A stretch of DNA of 62,790 nucleotides, filler included, from Hausera hauseri (taxonomy: Eukaryota), in the NCBI GenBank assembly GCA_046269625.1. It is 10 parts of 10 records of this genome, joined end to end, with 100 filler letters (N's around TTAATTAATTAA, not from the genome) between each part and the next. Parts side by side here need not be neighbours in the genome. Positions count along the whole stretch, not along the records: positions 54,771 to 62,790 come from JBJURY010816530.1; 9 more parts are not named here. One strand, given 5' to 3'. The notes below the pieces were generated by a model. The model saw nothing but the letters and a program-made list of their open reading frames with translations, did no database searches and was not told the DNA's origin. Numbering within the stretch: position 1 is the stretch's first letter; every line of letters starts with the position of its first letter. Positions 59,900 through 62,790 of the stretch are shown here, one piece after another. The translations under genes and the position numbers were made by a program.

Positions 59900-60976
59900 T
59901 TAATTAAATTTTAACTCAATGATATTATGATTCATATTATCAGTGTCTTCAATGTACAATGAATCTGTCAAGAGATTATACAACTGTCTAAGTAAATGGG
60001 CTTGTACTAGTGGTGAAGTATATGTAGGGATAATGGTGGTATGTAATAATTGTTCACTTAAGCGAATTATAAGCATTGGGTCTGTTGGAAATTTGTTGGC
60101 AATAGGGTGGTGGCTAAGATTGAAGAAACCATTAGTAAGGGTGATAGGTAATTTCAACAAGCATAAGAGTAAATCGAGTTGTGTTGTTATAATAAATTTA
60201 TGTTTCAACATATCCTGTATGAAAGGTAAGAAGTCTTTGTTGTCTATTTTATTTAAAGTGAGGTCGTCAGTTATTCCTGTAAAAGGTGTTCTCCAATCGA
60301 TGACTTTATGTCGTGGGTACATTTGTAGCTGTAATAGTGTTTCGCCTTTGTAGTCTAATATAGCGATATCAATAATGGTCTGGTGGATGGTTGTCAAATT
60401 AGGTTGAGTAGAAACGTAATTATATGCTACAAAGGTGAATAAAGGGTCTAAATCTGGTAAAAGTGATTTTTCTGGTATTGAAAAATATTCATTTGCTGGT
60501 ACAAGTGGTTTAGGTATAGGAATTAATCGGTCATAGTCTTCATTACAGGTGTATATGAGTTTGGGTTGAGTTATTTCCACGGAATATATACAATTATTTG
60601 AGGAAGTGATAGTAAAGGATAATAATTCAATATAGGGAATTGTAATAATCACACTAGAATTATTGAGTAGTTCGTAACTAATGTCGAAAACAGGATCATT
60701 AAAATTGATATTGACAGTTAACTTGCCAGTGATGAGATGAATGGCAATAATATCAAATTTCTGTGGTGGATCAGTAAGAATCAATTGAGATAATGTATTG
60801 GTAACGTCAGTTATTGTCTGCTGTATACACATCTGTCTGGGATAAAGTTGTAATTTCTCAGATTTTAAATCATTTGGGATAGCTGTCTGGTTGGAAAAAA
60901 TATGATGGAATTGATCTACACTCAGATAGGACGCCACTGCGTCATAGAAATGTTGCGAATCAATATAAAGCTCCAT
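59900..60976 (-). CDS. Protein with C-terminal REX4/ISG20-like DEDDh exonuclease fold, catalytic residues apparently lost
   Basis: IAILDYKGETLL..YPRHKVIDWRTPFTGIT..IQDMLKHKFII..DL..LKL resembles REX4/ISG20; ExoI reads FVAYNYV and ExoIII reads SPLVQA. Confidence 0.65.
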   Translation of the reverse strand: MELYIDSQHFYDAVASYLSVDQFHHIFSNQTAIPNDLKSEKLQLYPRQMCIQQTITDVTNTLSQLILTDPPQKFDIIAIHLITGKLTVNINFNDPVFDISYELLNNSSVIITIPYIELLSFTITSSNNCIYSVEITQPKLIYTCNEDYDRLIPIPKPLVPANEYFSIPEKSLLPDLDPLFTFVAYNYVSTQPNLTTIHQTIIDIAILDYKGETLLQLQMYPRHKVIDWRTPFTGITDDLTLNKIDNKDFLPFIQDMLKHKFIITTQLDLLLCLLKLPITLTNGFFNLSHHPIANKFPTDPMLIIRLSEQLLHTTIIPTYTSPLVQAHLLRQLYNLLTDSLYIEDTDNMNHNIIELKFN

Positions 60977-61319
60977 TTTTAGTCTATTCCTGAGTTTTCG
61001 TCCATATGATTATCATGTGAATTAGCCATGTTGGGTTAATGTATCGTGCTTTAGTTAACTGTAAGATTCCACTAGAGTAACAATACTATTCGTAGGTTTT
61101 CTCGGATCCGAATTTTATTAAATTGGATATTTACGTTGTCTTGTATTAACTAGTCGACGTCAAATCAAAAGCAATACCAAATTAACTGATTTACCTTGAA
61201 GTAGGCTTAATATTCTCCTCAAAGGAACAAATTCGTTTAAATTTCGTCCGAATCAAATCGAAGGTAGGTGAATAAGATTGTGAGATTGAAATTATGTGTT
61301 GTTGTGTACGAATGGTTTC

Positions 61320-61500
61320 GCCTATTTATACCCATTCAATTTCTAAATTGATGCCATGACGTCAATTTCTAAATTTATGTACTGACGTCAATTCGTGTAA
61401 ATAATGATTTCCGAATTCAATTACTAAATTCATGTAATGACGTGAATCTGACGATCTTTGAATTAAAATGACGTCAATGCGACGATTTTAAAATGTAATT
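61320..61500 (-). promoter_or_regulatory. Promoter-like block: repeated TGACGTCA (CRE) motifs and TATAAATAG upstream of the exonuclease-like gene
   Basis: TGACGTCA near 61357, 61383 and 61469 plus variants; TATA on the minus strand at about 61322-61330. Confidence 0.55.
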
Positions 61501-61844
61501 TTCTAAAACAAATAAATTGCACTTTTCAACATATGATTTGCACTTTTTAAATTCAAATTTCATTTTCAATAATTTACAATTCTCAAATTTCAAATTAATT
61601 TATTGGTGGGTTCACAAATGGGTTCACAAACGACTCACAATTAACAGGGAAATAAAAACGCCTATCATGGAGGCTTAACATTAATATTGAAGATTCGTTA
61701 AGACAGAAAATGTCTATTCAAAAGTTTGTTAAAGTTATCAAAAGTTGCTCAAGAGTTGTTAAAATCATTGTTGTTCCAAAATTTAAAAATCCAAAGTTAA
61801 AAGTCTTAAAGTGTCTCAACATGTTAAAAGTCTGTTAAAGTGTC

Positions 61845-62789
61845 TCAACATTTCTCCCCCTTTTGAAAAAGGATTCGGTCCTCCGGATCACTCTGGGTAC
61901 TGACATCAATAAAACTGAGATTTCGGGGTCTGATTGTCATTGTCGCATCGTATATCGGATTCATCCAATGGCATAATCGTTGGGTTCGGTTGTCGTAGGT
62001 ATAGGAGAAATGGTAGTATACTGATGGTTGTCGGCAGTATGGGCAGGAGATGCCATTTTGAAAAGTCATCTGTAGAGCGTCTTCTGGATCGATTGATTTG
62101 AGGGATTGGGATCGAAGTTTGTTGAAACAGGTTGCACATAGTTTGTGATTACATTGAAATTGAACTACTGTTATTCTTTCGGTAAGACATATAGTACATT
62201 CATAGGTGGGAAACTGGTCATAGTAGTGAGATTGTAGTGTTGCCCAAAGGTCAGGAGGGGCTAGATCAGCAATAAGGTCAATAGGGCATTTGCTAAAGAC
62301 GGGGAACCAATCCTCTTGTAAGGATATTGGTAATGGTGGACTATAGGAAATAGTTGGTGTGGGTATTATTGTAGGTACTGGTGCCGGTAATTCGGGTAAA
62401 TGTATAGTAACTTGTTCAGGATGATAACGCGGGTGCGGTATTGAAGATGGTTGTCGTAATAGTGTCATAACATTAATGTGAGGTAAAGGTGTTTGAAGAA
62501 CAGTCAGTGGTAGTTGATCTATTATAGAGGGGTTAAATTTATGTATTGGAAATTCTATTCTAATTGATGCTTGTTGCTCGAGCCGAAAGTATCTTGTTGG
62601 GAGTATTTGTGGAATTGGTGTATTAGTGATGGTAAGGAGGGCTCTCCTTGGATGGTGGAAATACGCGTAAATGAATTGGGGGCAAAAGTTACATATGCTA
62701 CAGATTAAATATCGGTGATGGGATTCTAGTTGATAGCAATGAGCACAGTACTCGGCATTACAACAGCTAAACTGATAGGATATTCTATT
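61845..62789 (-). CDS. Multi-RING protein, copy 2 (open over the visible part, 5' end cut by the window edge)
   Basis: Frame is open from 62789 through RING2, the Pro-rich linker and RING3; near-identical protein to copy 1. Confidence 0.85.
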   Translation of the reverse strand, partial: NRISYQFSCCNAEYCAHCYQLESHHRYLICSICNFCPQFIYAYFHHPRRALLTITNTPIPQILPTRYFRLEQQASIRIEFPIHKFNPSIIDQLPLTVLQTPLPHINVMTLLRQPSSIPHPRYHPEQVTIHLPELPAPVPTIIPTPTISYSPPLPISLQEDWFPVFSKCPIDLIADLAPPDLWATLQSHYYDQFPTYECTICLTERITVVQFQCNHKLCATCFNKLRSQSLKSIDPEDALQMTFQNGISCPYCRQPSVYYHFSYTYDNRTQRLCHWMNPIYDATMTIRPRNLSFIDVSTQSDPEDRILFQKGEKC

Positions 62790-62790
62790 A

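Overview
This window is not one locus. It is ten unrelated eukaryotic contigs joined by nine artificial 100-nt N/TTAATTAATTAA/N spacers (6549-6648, 15280-15379, 20017-20116, 25891-25990, 32307-32406, 39427-39526, 43925-44024, 48999-49098, 54671-54770). Contigs 1-2 are two closely related, decayed Ty3/Gypsy LTR retroelements. Contig 3 is invertebrate-like intergenic DNA with SINEs. Contig 4 is a (TTCN)n satellite. Contigs 5-6 are teleost-like DNA with a Tc1 fragment, an L2 LINE, an ITPRIP-like gene, a YqaJ-nuclease transposon relic and an intact Rex1/Babar LINE. Contigs 7 and 9 hold Polinton/Maverick-like virus relics (packaging ATPase, a TBP-like gene, capsids, adenain), plus a DD37D/maT-like transposon in contig 9. 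Contig 8 is a decayed Gypsy element of a different clade. Contig 10 is a virus-like cluster of duplicated triple-RING genes and a pseudo-exonuclease. The strongest candidate for a new system is the Gypsy pair, which appears to have a swappable cargo slot just upstream of the protease, ending at a shared PTAP linker. In contig 1 the slot, between the Gag zinc knuckle and the protease, holds about 1,100 codons of charged/helical sequence plus a ubiquitin-like domain. In contig 2 it holds a chuvirus-like class III fusion glycoprotein in the protease reading frame. Contig 2 also continues past integrase into an FN3-like type I membrane protein and then further ORFs behind a splice acceptor. All assignments come from manual translation and motif recognition; no database searches were run.
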